Source: the human T2T-CHM13v2.0 reference genome, Homo sapiens
Direction: 5' to 3' (one strand)
Assembly: GCF_009914755.1 (NCBI RefSeq)
Contig: NC_060942.1
Length of the DNA stretch: 64,000 nucleotides
Every line of letters starts with the position of its first letter. Positions within the stretch are counted from its first letter, which is position 1. The notes under the pieces are model-generated. The model did no database searches. It was not told where the DNA came from and was given only the letters and a program-made list of their open reading frames with translations. Of this stretch, positions 53,263-64,000 are shown one piece after another. Position numbers and translations under genes: made by a program.

Positions 53263-55919
53263 TGAGCTTTCATTCATTGTCTTCATCAAATATATGTCAT
53301 ATATTATGTAAAAGGAAATGTTTAATATTCAAACCTTATGTGTTCTAGGATGTCAGCAGTCAGGCCTGAGCATCCATGTTGACATAACGGGGCGTAGGCC
53401 ATCTGGATAACTGCATGTATACATCACCTGACCATGATTGCAAGAGCTGCAGTTAGAGACTGATACACATATGGTAGAATATTGATGGAAATACCACAAG
53501 CGGTAACTTCCATAACATAATTTTCCGTGAACAACTGTTATAAAAGTTCTAACACAGCAAAGTGCAGTGTTCTCCCAAAATTCAGGTTAGGTACATTCCT
53601 AGAAAGAAAATTTTGTATGTGTTAAAACCCATGCAAAACTTCAGTGTTACATGCTGGTCTCAAGTCATCATAGTGGGTGTTTGACTTGCATGTGTGTCCA
53701 TGGAGTCATTTGTATGGCATAAGAAGTGCTGGCAATTCCTGCTGGTGGGTGAGTGTGTGCACATGACAAGGCCTCTGTATCTTTCCTTTTTGCCCACAAA
53801 AGGCCAGCAATCCACCTTAATTGTGGAAACTGCCCTCCCTCTCAGACACATTTCAAGTGGTATTTCTTATTTTTATAAAGTTTTTCTCCTGGATGTCGTC
53901 ACTTTTTCTTTTTCTGTAGTGAAGAAAACATTTAAACTCTGTGTTCATACTTTGTGTTGCTTTGCGTCTCAACAATGTCTCTCTGTTACATTTCAGCACA
54001 GCACATTGCCAAGGGCTCAAATTGAATTCAATATAGGCAGGTCCCGGGATCATGGAATCACTACTCATCCAGCAGCACTTAGGTCCTTCCTAACTCCATT
54101 TCACCCTCTTTTCATTAACTGCTGCTTCTTTGAACCTAGTTATTGTCATTTTTTCCTTTGCTCTACCTATGCCATAGAACTTTAGATCTTGAAGGAACAT
54201 TAAGAGATCTATTTTAATCACTTTCACATTAACAGTAACTTGCCCCAAAACACATGGTTCGTTCTAACTCTAAAACAGGCCACGGGTATTTCTTATTGCT
54301 CTCGTATTTCCCATAAGAAGCAAGCTCCCTTTTCATTCTGTCCACGTTTTCCCCAACTCAGCTTTAGACCACCACTCCTTTCTTGAGTTGATGGCATTCT
54401 CTGGACCTGTGGGGTACATGTTCCACCAGGCCCCCAACTCTTCCCCCATTCTCCTCCCCCGGTCTTTCTCTCCATCTGACACACATGAATTCATACTAGG
54501 GGAAGGACCTGTGCCTGCTCTCCTCTATTTCTTTTTGTTTAAATTGGCTTATTAGTGTTATCTTGAATCCATTTTGGGGTAGGAACCTTTTCATACCCCT
54601 TGTCCACTTTTTCTTGTGGACTGGTTTAATTCAGTTCAATTTGTAATTGGTAAAGTTACCTAACAAGGACAGCTGATTGCAAAGCTTCAAATCCCAGTGA
54701 GAGTGAACGAAGGTGTAGGGTTCTTCTAGCTGGTAGAAGGCCCCGCTCCTCCCTCAGTACACCCCCTTCAGTAACTGACTCAGGACAATGGACATGAAGG
54801 TCACGTGAGGCCTCTGCATTTTACTTTATAGTTTACTTTATTCTTGCTTCTCAAAGTGTCATTGTGTCCACACTCTGGGGCTGAATATTATGACTAGGTT
54901 GTGCATGTGTGGATGTGTTAATTTATCTTGAGTCTACTTGACCTTGTTGAAACTTCCCAAATTCCCTGTTCCTTCGAGAATCTTGTTCATTTACCTGCTT
55001 CCAAACTAGCAAGTTCTCTAAAAATTCAGCAAATTCATTCTTTACACTCTAAAGCCAATCTGGCATATACAGATCTACTATATATGTTAGCATATTAAAA
55101 AATAGTAGGCTACACATTCTGCCCCATATTATCACTTTGCTTTTCACATTAGACTTTTAAAATGTCACTTACACATTATACACATTCAGCTTAGCCTTCT
55201 GTTATCCATCAAGCCACAGTAACTGGAAGGAAGGGTGATTTTGCTGTAGAAATGGGCCCAGTGCTGATTTGTAATTATTGGAAAACTCAATGTGATTACT
55301 CTCTAAAACATCATATTTGTGTGACTAATATTTTTGTTACTAACAATAACGTTTCTAATTTTTATCTTTAGTTTTGGGAAGGATAATGTTTTAAATCAAA
55401 TATCTACAGAAAACCTGAGGGTATTAAAATTTGCTTTTATTACTTATGATCTCTTTACATTTAAAAATTGAGGGGGTACATATCAAAAAATAAAATCTTT
55501 GAGACATAGGTAAAGAGACGAGTGGTAGGTAATAAAGAGAAGGGGATAGAATGTAGCCATTATGTCAGAAATGCTCTTGAGTGAGGGGCCTGGATGTGAA
55601 CACACACTTATTTCAGACATTGCAGACAGCAAAGGCAAAAGACAAACACAGTAAGTCACATCGACCTCATTTTTTAGTAAAAGGAATCATTGGTTTGAGT
55701 GTCAGTCATGTCAAGCAGCATTTGAATAAAGTCTCAATGGCAATTTTGTTAAAAGGGCAAAGACCTTGTTCATAAAGGCCAATTCTTATTCTGGCCTTTA
55801 ATGGTAAGTTGAGAGTTCATTAAACTGAAGTTTAGCAAGATGTGTCAATTCAGGGATAGAGTGCAAAAGTAGATTCTAGGTTTATAATTCTCCAGTGCTC
55901 TGACTTACAGATACTGTAC

Positions 55920-56170
55920 AGCAACATTTCTTACGGTGAACACAATCTGTAGAAAAGCAGACCCGTGGAACATAGAGAGCAGTGTTCTGAGCTTTCATGT
56001 GTTTGGGAAATGCTACATTCATTTGCATAGTAAAAGTCCCAGAGCTCTGCAGTGAAGAAAACATTTAAACTTTGTATAAATAGTGTTTCCCAAACTTCAT
56101 TGATCTTAAAATCCTTTATTTCCTTAGGAACTTCTCATCAGTTGCTATAATAGAATCTATTTTGGGAAAC
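55920..56170. mobile_element. Degenerate hAT-Charlie MER (MER103C-like)
   Basis: tttgggaaatgc...ctgcagtgaagaaa...aactttgt...agtgtttcccaaactt...ttttgggaaac. Confidence 0.55.
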
Positions 56171-57084
56171 AAGGAAGTAAAAGCATGAAGGTTTGACATG
56201 TTGCTAATTGTGGCATAGGTGTTTCGAAAGTCAGATGACAGGCTTTCTCTATTACTAATGAAATAGGAGAGTTGTATGTTTTAGGATTTTTGTGTAGGTG
56301 TTTGGGATTGGTGTAATTTAGGTGGCATGTTTGGCATTTTGTTAGGAAAATTTAAAGGTTGGTTTGCAGTCTTTATGAAACCGTACCCTTATAGTGTTCT
56401 ATAAAGTGAACTGTTGGCTTGTAATTACTTTGCAGTCCAACATTTTTCATGGTCTTAGGCTTTCTTTGCAAATGGAATTTCTTTCTTCAATGAACTGTAT
56501 ACTGTCTTCAAGGTGGAAAATGTATAATAGATTACTCAGTGTAATACTTTCTGGTTGTGTTACTTTGGCCTTGCTCAGATTGCAAGAAATGGAGATTTGC
56601 TGGTTAAAAAAAAAAAAAAAAGTAATTGAGTGGGGAGGTGATGTTAAACATACATTTATATTTACCTCTGTTCTTTTGTTATATATTTCTAGGGTATCTG
56701 TTCATCTCACAGTGTCTCTTCTGGTATCCCAGATTCTCGTTCCCTATACATCAAGGAGGTGATTAATTAATTAAGTCATGTAATATGTCTCTGGTACAGC
56801 TTTGGCTCCGACACTGATCTCTAGGTCAATCAGCTATAGCCTGAGTAATAGGACTGATTTTGCTCAAGGCTAAAGAGCTGATTTCTCAGTAGAATAATAG
56901 TGACAGTAGAGGTCGGGTGACCAGCCAGCACTAGAGCAACAAAACATTAAACTCTGCAGTTGTGATACCTAGTTTCAAAGTAGAGAGTCACTTCTGATTG
57001 TTGCTTCTTAAATATCATGATATCTGTGTTCCATTTTAAGGGCATATTTGAGAATGCTATGATTTAAAGGATCACAAGCTAAGC

Positions 57085-57345
57085 ACTTAGTATTATTATA
57101 TATTAATTTTTTAAATGTTTACTCCTCATATGTTAGGTAGCATATTAGGTTATTTGCATTTATTATTTCTAGTTCATATAACAGCATTGCAAGTATGCTT
57201 ACTTCCTCATTTGAATAATGAGACAAACCGCCACTCAAAGCTGTTAAGAAATTGGAGCATCTTCAGACAGCTGTGAAGATAACAGAGCTGGGCTTAGTAG
57301 ACCAATTTTCTAACTTGAAATCAAGCTCTCTTTCCACTGTGACTT
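57085..57345 (-). mobile_element. MIR SINE
   Basis: ttcatataacagcattgcaagtatg...cctcatttgaataatgagacaaac...cagagctgggctt. Confidence 0.55.
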
Positions 57346-58088
57346 GTTGGGTTACTTAAGGAGACTACCATGGAATGTCTTGAATACATCAGAAGGATGC
57401 TTTGTGGGTTGGGAGAGGCTGGGCGTTGGTTTATTGTTTTTGTTTTGTTTTGGTTTGGTTTAGTTTTTTTGGCCTTAGAGGATGATAGAGGAACCAGGAT
57501 ATACAGAAATTAAAATAATACCAAATTAAATGGAAGGAATTTACCTCCCGTTTTCTGGTTTGTGCACAGCTAATTCATTTAATAAGAAGCCATAAATTGT
57601 CTGCACTTTGGAAGGTTGTGTAACAGTAACGTAACTGTAGTATTGATAACCCCTAAGCAAAAGCTAAAATCTATTGTCTTCTTTCTGTATCTCTTTGTTA
57701 CTTCACATCAAAGATTAAAAGTAGCTCCTACTACCTATATGTTCCTTATAAAATCTGTTGTTTATACTCCCTAACAAAAGTATCACAAAACTGGTAGGGT
57801 TAAGTAGAGGCATCAAATACAACTAAATCATGGCAAAACGAGTTCCTTCAACATTAATTAAGTTCCTACTCTGTCATGCTATGCAAATCCCTGCCTTCAG
57901 GGAGATTATAGTCTGCTCTTTCTAATCCGTCATCTTTGGCATTTAGTACTGTGGGAAGTCCCTTATTATGTATCCCATAGACCCATATCCCATACACTCA
58001 AACATACCCAGCTCATGTACACATATAATTTTGTCTCTCAACTGATAAAGAAAGGAGCAGCACCCAAATGAGTTGTTCTCACCTTCCC

Positions 58089-58628
58089 TGTATTAGTTTT
58101 CTGTGCTGTGTAACAAATTACCACAAATCTATCAGCTTAAAGTAGCATGCAGTTATTATCTCCATCGGTTGGGAGTGAGTGAGGTTAGTTTTCATGGTCA
58201 GGAGTCTGGGCACAGCTTTGCTGATTCTTCTGCTCTGGATCTTAACATGGTGAAATCAGCGCACTGACATCTCTATTCTTAACTGCAGCATGGGGTCCTC
58301 TTTCTAGCTCATGCAAGTTGCTGGCAGAATTCATTTTCTTACAGTGGTGGGGCTGAAGACCACAGCTCTTAAAGGTTATCCCCTTAGGCAGTTTACAATC
58401 TTTTTCTTTTTCTTTTTTTTTTTCCTTCAAGGCCAGCAGGAGAATATTTCTGCCCCTTTTGGCTAAGATGACATTTTATGTAATATAAAAAAATCAAGGG
58501 AGTAATAGCCCATTACCTCCTCCATTTTCTATTGGCTATAAGCAAGTCATAGGTCCTTCCCATAATCAATGAAAGAGAATTCTACAAGTGTGTGACTCAT
58601 CAGGGGCTCCTAGAGTATGTCTGCTACA
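58089..58628 (-). mobile_element. MLT1F-like MaLR LTR
   Basis: tgtattagttttctgtgctgtgtaacaaattaccacaa...ggtcaggagtctgggcacagc...ctattggctataagcaagtca...ctgctaca. Confidence 0.85.
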
Positions 58629-58899
58629 CCTCCTACCAAATAATAAATATTATATCTCAGCTTGTTGGGAACTTTGTGTAAGCCAGCACTATTCAAAATA
58701 TTTCATATATATTTATTCATTTAATCCTCACAAAAAACTCTAGGAAGTAGTTTGTTTTTCATAGTTTAGAAATTAAACTGAACCATGGAGAGTGGATTCT
58801 TGTTAGCTAAGAATATCCATCCAAAAAATAAACAGGAGAAAACAACAGCAACAATCTTGATGCCACACAGTCCTTCAGCTACCACACTCTTGCATCATT

Positions 58900-59200
58900 T
58901 CCCTTCATAACAAGGTTCCTTACCTCCCTTTTCGGAGCTGTGGTTGCTTTTCCTTCTGCCCTTACTCTAGGGCTCTTTCCTGCCCTTCCTTCACATACAT
59001 CTCTGCTTGGAAATAAATGCCTCGGAGAGTCCTACCTCCACACGCATGCACCTAGAATTTTCCCTTCTTGTACTTCTGTTTTCTTCAGAGGCCTTAACAC
59101 CATTTATAGTTACAACTTGATAAAACGGGGACCATGCCTTTCTTTGTTCATTGTATTTCCAGCATCTAGCATATAAACTTTTTCAGTGGAAGAATGAATG
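58900..59200 (+). mobile_element. L2 3' end
   Basis: tctttgttcattgtatttccagcatctagcata...gaatgaatg. Confidence 0.6.
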
Positions 59201-59286
59201 CCTGCATGTTAACTAAAGAAAGTCATGTGGTATAATGGAAAAGGTATCATTTTAGGGAGTCAAATCCTACTTTGCTGCTTACCTAC

Positions 59287-59648
59287 TGCTAGAGTCTGAA
59301 GGTTTGTGTTTCCTCATAATTTATATGTTGAAATCCTAACTCCCATAGTGATGTTACTAGAAGGTGGAGCTTTGGGAGATGATTAGATCATGAGGACAGA
59401 GTCTTCATGAATGGGATTAGTTCTCTTATAAGAAACCCCAGAAATCTAGCTAGTCCCTTCCACCATGGAGGCAACAGCAAGAAGACATCATCTGTGAACC
59501 AAGAAACAGGCCCTCCCCAGACACTGAATCTGCTGGTACCTTAATCTTGGATTTTCTGGCCTCCGGAGGAGTGAGGAATAAATTTTTGTTGTTTATAAGC
59601 TGCCCAGTCTATGGTACTTTGTTATTGCAGACCAGACAGACTAAGGCA
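59287..59648 (+). mobile_element. MLT1A0-like MaLR solo LTR, inserted in a MIR
   Basis: tatatgttgaaatcctaac...catgaatgggattagt...gacactgaatctgctgg...aataaatttttgttgtttataagc...gactaaggca. Confidence 0.92.
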
Positions 59649-61453
59649 CCCATCTTCAGGGTTGTTGAAAGCACTCAGTTAGTCTATTATTATTGTTGTT
59701 AGTTATCGTTTTTATGGAAGAAGAAGTAGATCAGGGCCATTGTTAAAGGGGAGGAGAGGCTAAGACAGTTACCTTTGGGCATAGATATTACCAGGCTACA
59801 AGGGGGAATTAAAGATATGTTAGATACCCAGACTTGGGGGCTCTCCTAGCATCCTTTCCTTCTCAGGCACGCCCCATGCTATTAAAAAAGACATTTTACC
59901 CTTTACCACTCTAGGTGCAAGGCTCTTGGATCAGCAGAAGCTGTCTATCTGTTTCACAGTTCCTGGCACATAGTAGATGCTGTGAAATGTTTGTTAAAGA
60001 AAGGAATGACTAATAGATAGTCACTTAAACACAGCTGTTCAGTGTATTACAAATGGAAACAGTGATTCATTGATTCCCACTACATTATAACATAACCTTA
60101 TTTTATCTATACAAGAACATGAGCTTGAGTTTCACTAAATAAAACATTAGTATTCATGGTTGGGTACATTGGAAGTTTTTTCCCCCCTTCCCCCTCTGCT
60201 ACACACAGAGGGAACATTAAAGAAAATACAATTATAAAACGTTGTCTTTTAAAACATACACATTCTCATATTTGCTACAACTTGTTCCAATTTTGAAAAC
60301 ATCACTTCTCATCGAGGCCCAGCAGAATGTCCCAAGATGTGGCCAAAGGTCCTCCACAAGTTTGTTTGTCATGAAGTAGATACACTGTGAACACCAAACC
60401 CTTCTCTAATTGTGGAGAAGCTGGTGAAAGTGTGATCTGTCAAAGGCTTTATTTTTGCCTTTAGATGTCTTTATTTCAGTTGTTTTTACTGATTTTGCCA
60501 CAGGCTACATCTCTTCTGAGCAATTCCTGTTTTTGGAATTTGAAAATGGATTGATTCTTAGAAAAGGTGTCAGAATTTTAAACTGTAGAATAATATCATT
60601 GGAAAATAATTATTGTTTTAACTAATATTGAATGAAAGCTTAAGGGAAATCCCATGTAAGCACAATAGTTGAAACTGAATACCTGAAACCTTTCAATAAT
60701 CAATATTAATATTCTCCTTGTTTCATTTGCTTTTAACATTGCATACATCCCTGAAATATGGCTTTCCTGATTATATATTCTGAAATCCTTAGCAGCAATT
60801 ATAATGAAACCTGTTTCTCTTAGAATAAGAGAATTGTTTTCTTTCGTTAATTGGAGCCTAAGAAATTGCTTTCCTACAGTCTTATTCTAAGGAATAGCCT
60901 CCCCAGCATCTGATTGATTATATCCTCTGCTGATTTGGAAATTTAGACAGGTCATGTGGTGGGATCAGGAGGATAGTTCTCGTTCTCTTGATAACAGCAA
61001 AAGGTTCCATTTAAAAGGAGACCATTATTTTGGCCAAGTGGTTGGATTGGCTAAAAATTCTATTTGCAAAGGAAAAAGAAAAAATTATATGTACACACAT
61101 ATATATATGTATGTATGTATATAGATAATTGCATAAATGTGTATGCATGTTCCATGTATGTGTATATTAAAGTACATGTGTATATATGTTTAGATGGATA
61201 TAGAGATGTACATACATACACATATCACAAAAGCAGTAAGTAGTAGAAAAAGACAGCTCAGAAGAAGAGAGGCTTTTATTATGACATCTACTTTAAAACT
61301 CCATCATAACAATAATGACAAAAAGCCTTCCACATTTCCATCTAAGTGCTGCTTTGTTCGGTAATATTTCTCTCTAAAATTTACTTTGTGTTCACTTTTG
61401 CTTGATTCCATGCATACTTTTAAAACTTATTTGGAGGAAGGATGAAAGCTATA

Positions 61454-63864
61454 CAGGCTTACCTTGTTTTAATTTAGTTTGCTTTATTGCACTTCACAAA
61501 TACTGTTTTTTTTATAAATTGAAAGTTGGAGGCAACCCTGCACTGAGCAAGTCTATGGGCATCATTCCATTTTTCCAACAGCATGTGTTCATTGTGTGTG
61601 TCTGTGTCACATTTTGGTAATTCTCATAATATTTCAAGCATTTTTATTATAATATATTTCATTATTAAAATATGATAATGTATTATTATATATGGTGATA
61701 TATGACCAATGATATTTTTTACTATCGCATTTGTTTTGGGGTACCACAAACCATGCCCTCATAAGACAGTGAACTTAATCCATAAATGTGTTCCGACTGT
61801 TTACTGACCAGCTGTCTCCCATTTCTCTCCCTTTCTTCAGGCCTCCCTATTTCCTAAGACAGAGCAGTATTAAAATTAGGCCAATTAATAACCCTACAAT
61901 GGCCTCTAAGAGTTAAAGTGAAAGAAAAAGTTGCATAAGTCTCACTTTTCAATCAAAAACTAGAAATGATTACATTTAGTAATGAGGAAGGCATGTTGAA
62001 AGCTGAGATAGGCCAAAAGTTAGGCCTCTTGCACCAAATAATTAGCCGAGTTGTGAATGGAAAGGAAAAGTTCTTGAGGGTAATTAAAAGTGCTACTGCA
62101 CTGAACACACAAATGATGAGAAAGTGAAACACCTTTATTGTTGATATGGAGGAAGTTTTAGTGGTCTGGCTAGAAGATCAAATCAGCCACAATATTCCTT
62201 TAAGCCAGAGCCTACTATAGAGCAAGCCCCTAACTCTTTTTTATTCTCTGAAAGCTTGGAGAGGTGAAGATGTGCTAGAAGGGAACTTGGAAGCTAACAG
62301 AGATTAGCTCATGAGGCTTAAGGAAAGAAGCCATCTCTATAACCTAAAAGTGCAAGGTGAAACGGCAGTGGCTGATGTAGAAGCCACAGCAAGTTATTCA
62401 GAAGACCTAGCTAAGATTATTGATGAAGGTGGCTATGTTAAACAACAGATTTTCAATGTAGATGAAATTGGAAAAAGATGCCATTGGGCTTTTATAGCTA
62501 GAGAGGAGAAGTCAATGCCTGGCTTGAAAGGATAGGCTTACCCTTCTGTTAGGTGCTAATGCAGCTGGTGGCTTTAAGTGGAAACCAGTGCTCATTTGCC
62601 ATTCCAAAAATCCTACAGCCCTTAAGAATTATGCTAAATCTATTCTGCCTTTGCTCTGTAAATGGAACAGTAAAGCCTGAGTGACAGCACATCTGTTTAC
62701 AACATGGCTTACTGAATATTTTAAGTCCGCTGTTGAGACTTACTGCTCAGAAAAAATATTCTTTTCAAAATATTACTGCTCATTGACAATGCAGTGGGGT
62801 CACTGAAGAAGCTGACAGAGATGTAAAAAGAGAATAATGTTTTCATATTACTAATGCAATACCTATTCTGCAGCATATGGATCAAGGAGTAATTTTGACT
62901 TTCAAGTCTTATTATTTAAGAAATGCATTTTCTAAGGCTGTGGCTGCCATAGGTAGTGATTCCTCTGATGGTTCTGAGCAAGGTGAATTGAAAGTCTTTT
63001 GGAAAGAATTCACCATTCTGGATGCCATTAAGAACATTTGTGATTCGTGGGAGGAGGTCAAAATAGCAACATTAACAGGACTTTGAAAGAAGTTGATTCT
63101 GATACTTATAGATGACTTTGAGGAGTTCAAGACTTCAGTGGAGGAAGTCACTGCAGATGTGGTGCAAATAGCAAGAGAACTAGAATTAGAAGTAGAGCCT
63201 GAAGATGTGACTGAGTTGTTGCCATCTTAGGATGAAACTTTCACAAGTGAGGGGTTGCTTCTTATGTGCAAAGAAAGTGGTTTCTTGAGATGAAATTGAC
63301 TGTGGGTTAAGATAGCTGTGAACATCGTTGAAGTAAAAACAAAGGACTTCGAATATTCCATAAGCTTAGTTGATAAAGCAGCGGCAGGGTTTAAGAGAAT
63401 TGACTCCAATTTTGAAAGACGTTCTGCTATGGGCAAAATGCTATCAAACAGCATCACATGCTACAGATAAGTTTTTTGGGAAAGGAAGAGTCAACTAATG
63501 CAGCAAATTTTATTGTCAGCTTATTTTAAGCAATTATCATAGCCATTCCAGCCTTCAGCAGCCACCAGCCACCCTGATCAGTCAGCAGCCATCAACATCC
63601 ATGCAAGACCCTCCGTCAGCAAAAAGATTATGACTCACTGAAAGCTCAGATTACTGTTATCATTTTAAGTAATAACGTATTTTTAATTAAGGTATGTAAA
63701 TTGATTTTTAGCATAATGCTATTGTACAGTTAATAGACTACAGTATAGTGATAGCTTTTATATGTACTGGGAAACCAAAACGTTTATGTGACTTACTTTT
63801 TTGCAACATTCACTTTATTGTCGTAGTTTGGAACTGAATTTGCAATGTCTTTGTGATATGCCTG
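61454..63864 (+). mobile_element. Tigger1 (TcMar-Tigger/pogo DNA transposon), essentially full length (2411 bp)
   Basis: Termini caggcttacct... and ...gatatgcctg flanked by TA duplication (61452-53, 63865-66); internal transposase remnants. Confidence 0.96.
61899..63690 (+). pseudogene. Disrupted Tigger1 pogo-type transposase (CENP-B HTH plus DDE; TIGD1-like)
   Basis: ATG GCC TCT AAG AGT TAA (stop at codon 6); fragments [18 protein letters not shown] (62311..62535), LLIDNA (~62775-62795), [16 protein letters not shown] (62877..63086); many stops and frameshifts; 3' limit approximate. Confidence 0.88.
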
Positions 63865-64000
63865 TATAACATTTTTTATTGAGTCCTCATATGACTAGAT
63901 AGAGTCTTGATTACAGCATTATAATCACAATATTTAAAAAATTATTATATATATTAGGACTTTTTTGACAGTGGTTGCAAAGAATTGTTTCCTTCAGTGG

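Noticed and set aside
53694-54185. Longest ORF in the window (163 aa)
   Set aside because: No recognisable domain, non-ATG start, composition typical of random intronic translation.
56763-56774. ttaattaattaa palindrome (homeodomain-like) and acacacgtgtgt at 29589-29600
   Set aside because: Short low-complexity palindromes expected by chance.

Overview
Primate DNA (human or a close hominid, since AluY elements are present) lying entirely inside the + strand gene ASXL3, the Polycomb PR-DUB/BAP1 partner behind Bainbridge-Ropers syndrome. Four internal GT-AG coding exons (122, 118, 120 and 164 nt; exons 5-8 by my recollection of the canonical numbering) splice into one open frame and end in the start of the ASXH/DEUBAD domain. 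The last ~40.7 kb is one long intron. Everything else is AT-rich intron filled with Alu/FLAM, MIR, L2, old L1M, MaLR/ERVL LTRs, hAT MERs and a full-length Tigger1. Repeat subfamily names and most old-repeat boundaries come from recalled consensus sequences and are approximate. I see no new gene or system. The most unusual thing is a cluster of old locally templated duplications in intron 8: a ~670-bp inverted copy that carries a chimeric junction, a ~230-370-bp direct copy dropped into an L1 5'UTR, a ~135-bp inverted copy and a 30-bp copy. There are also several testable splicing hypotheses (poison microexon, Alu exon, cryptic sites, a stop-free exon 6-8 circle).
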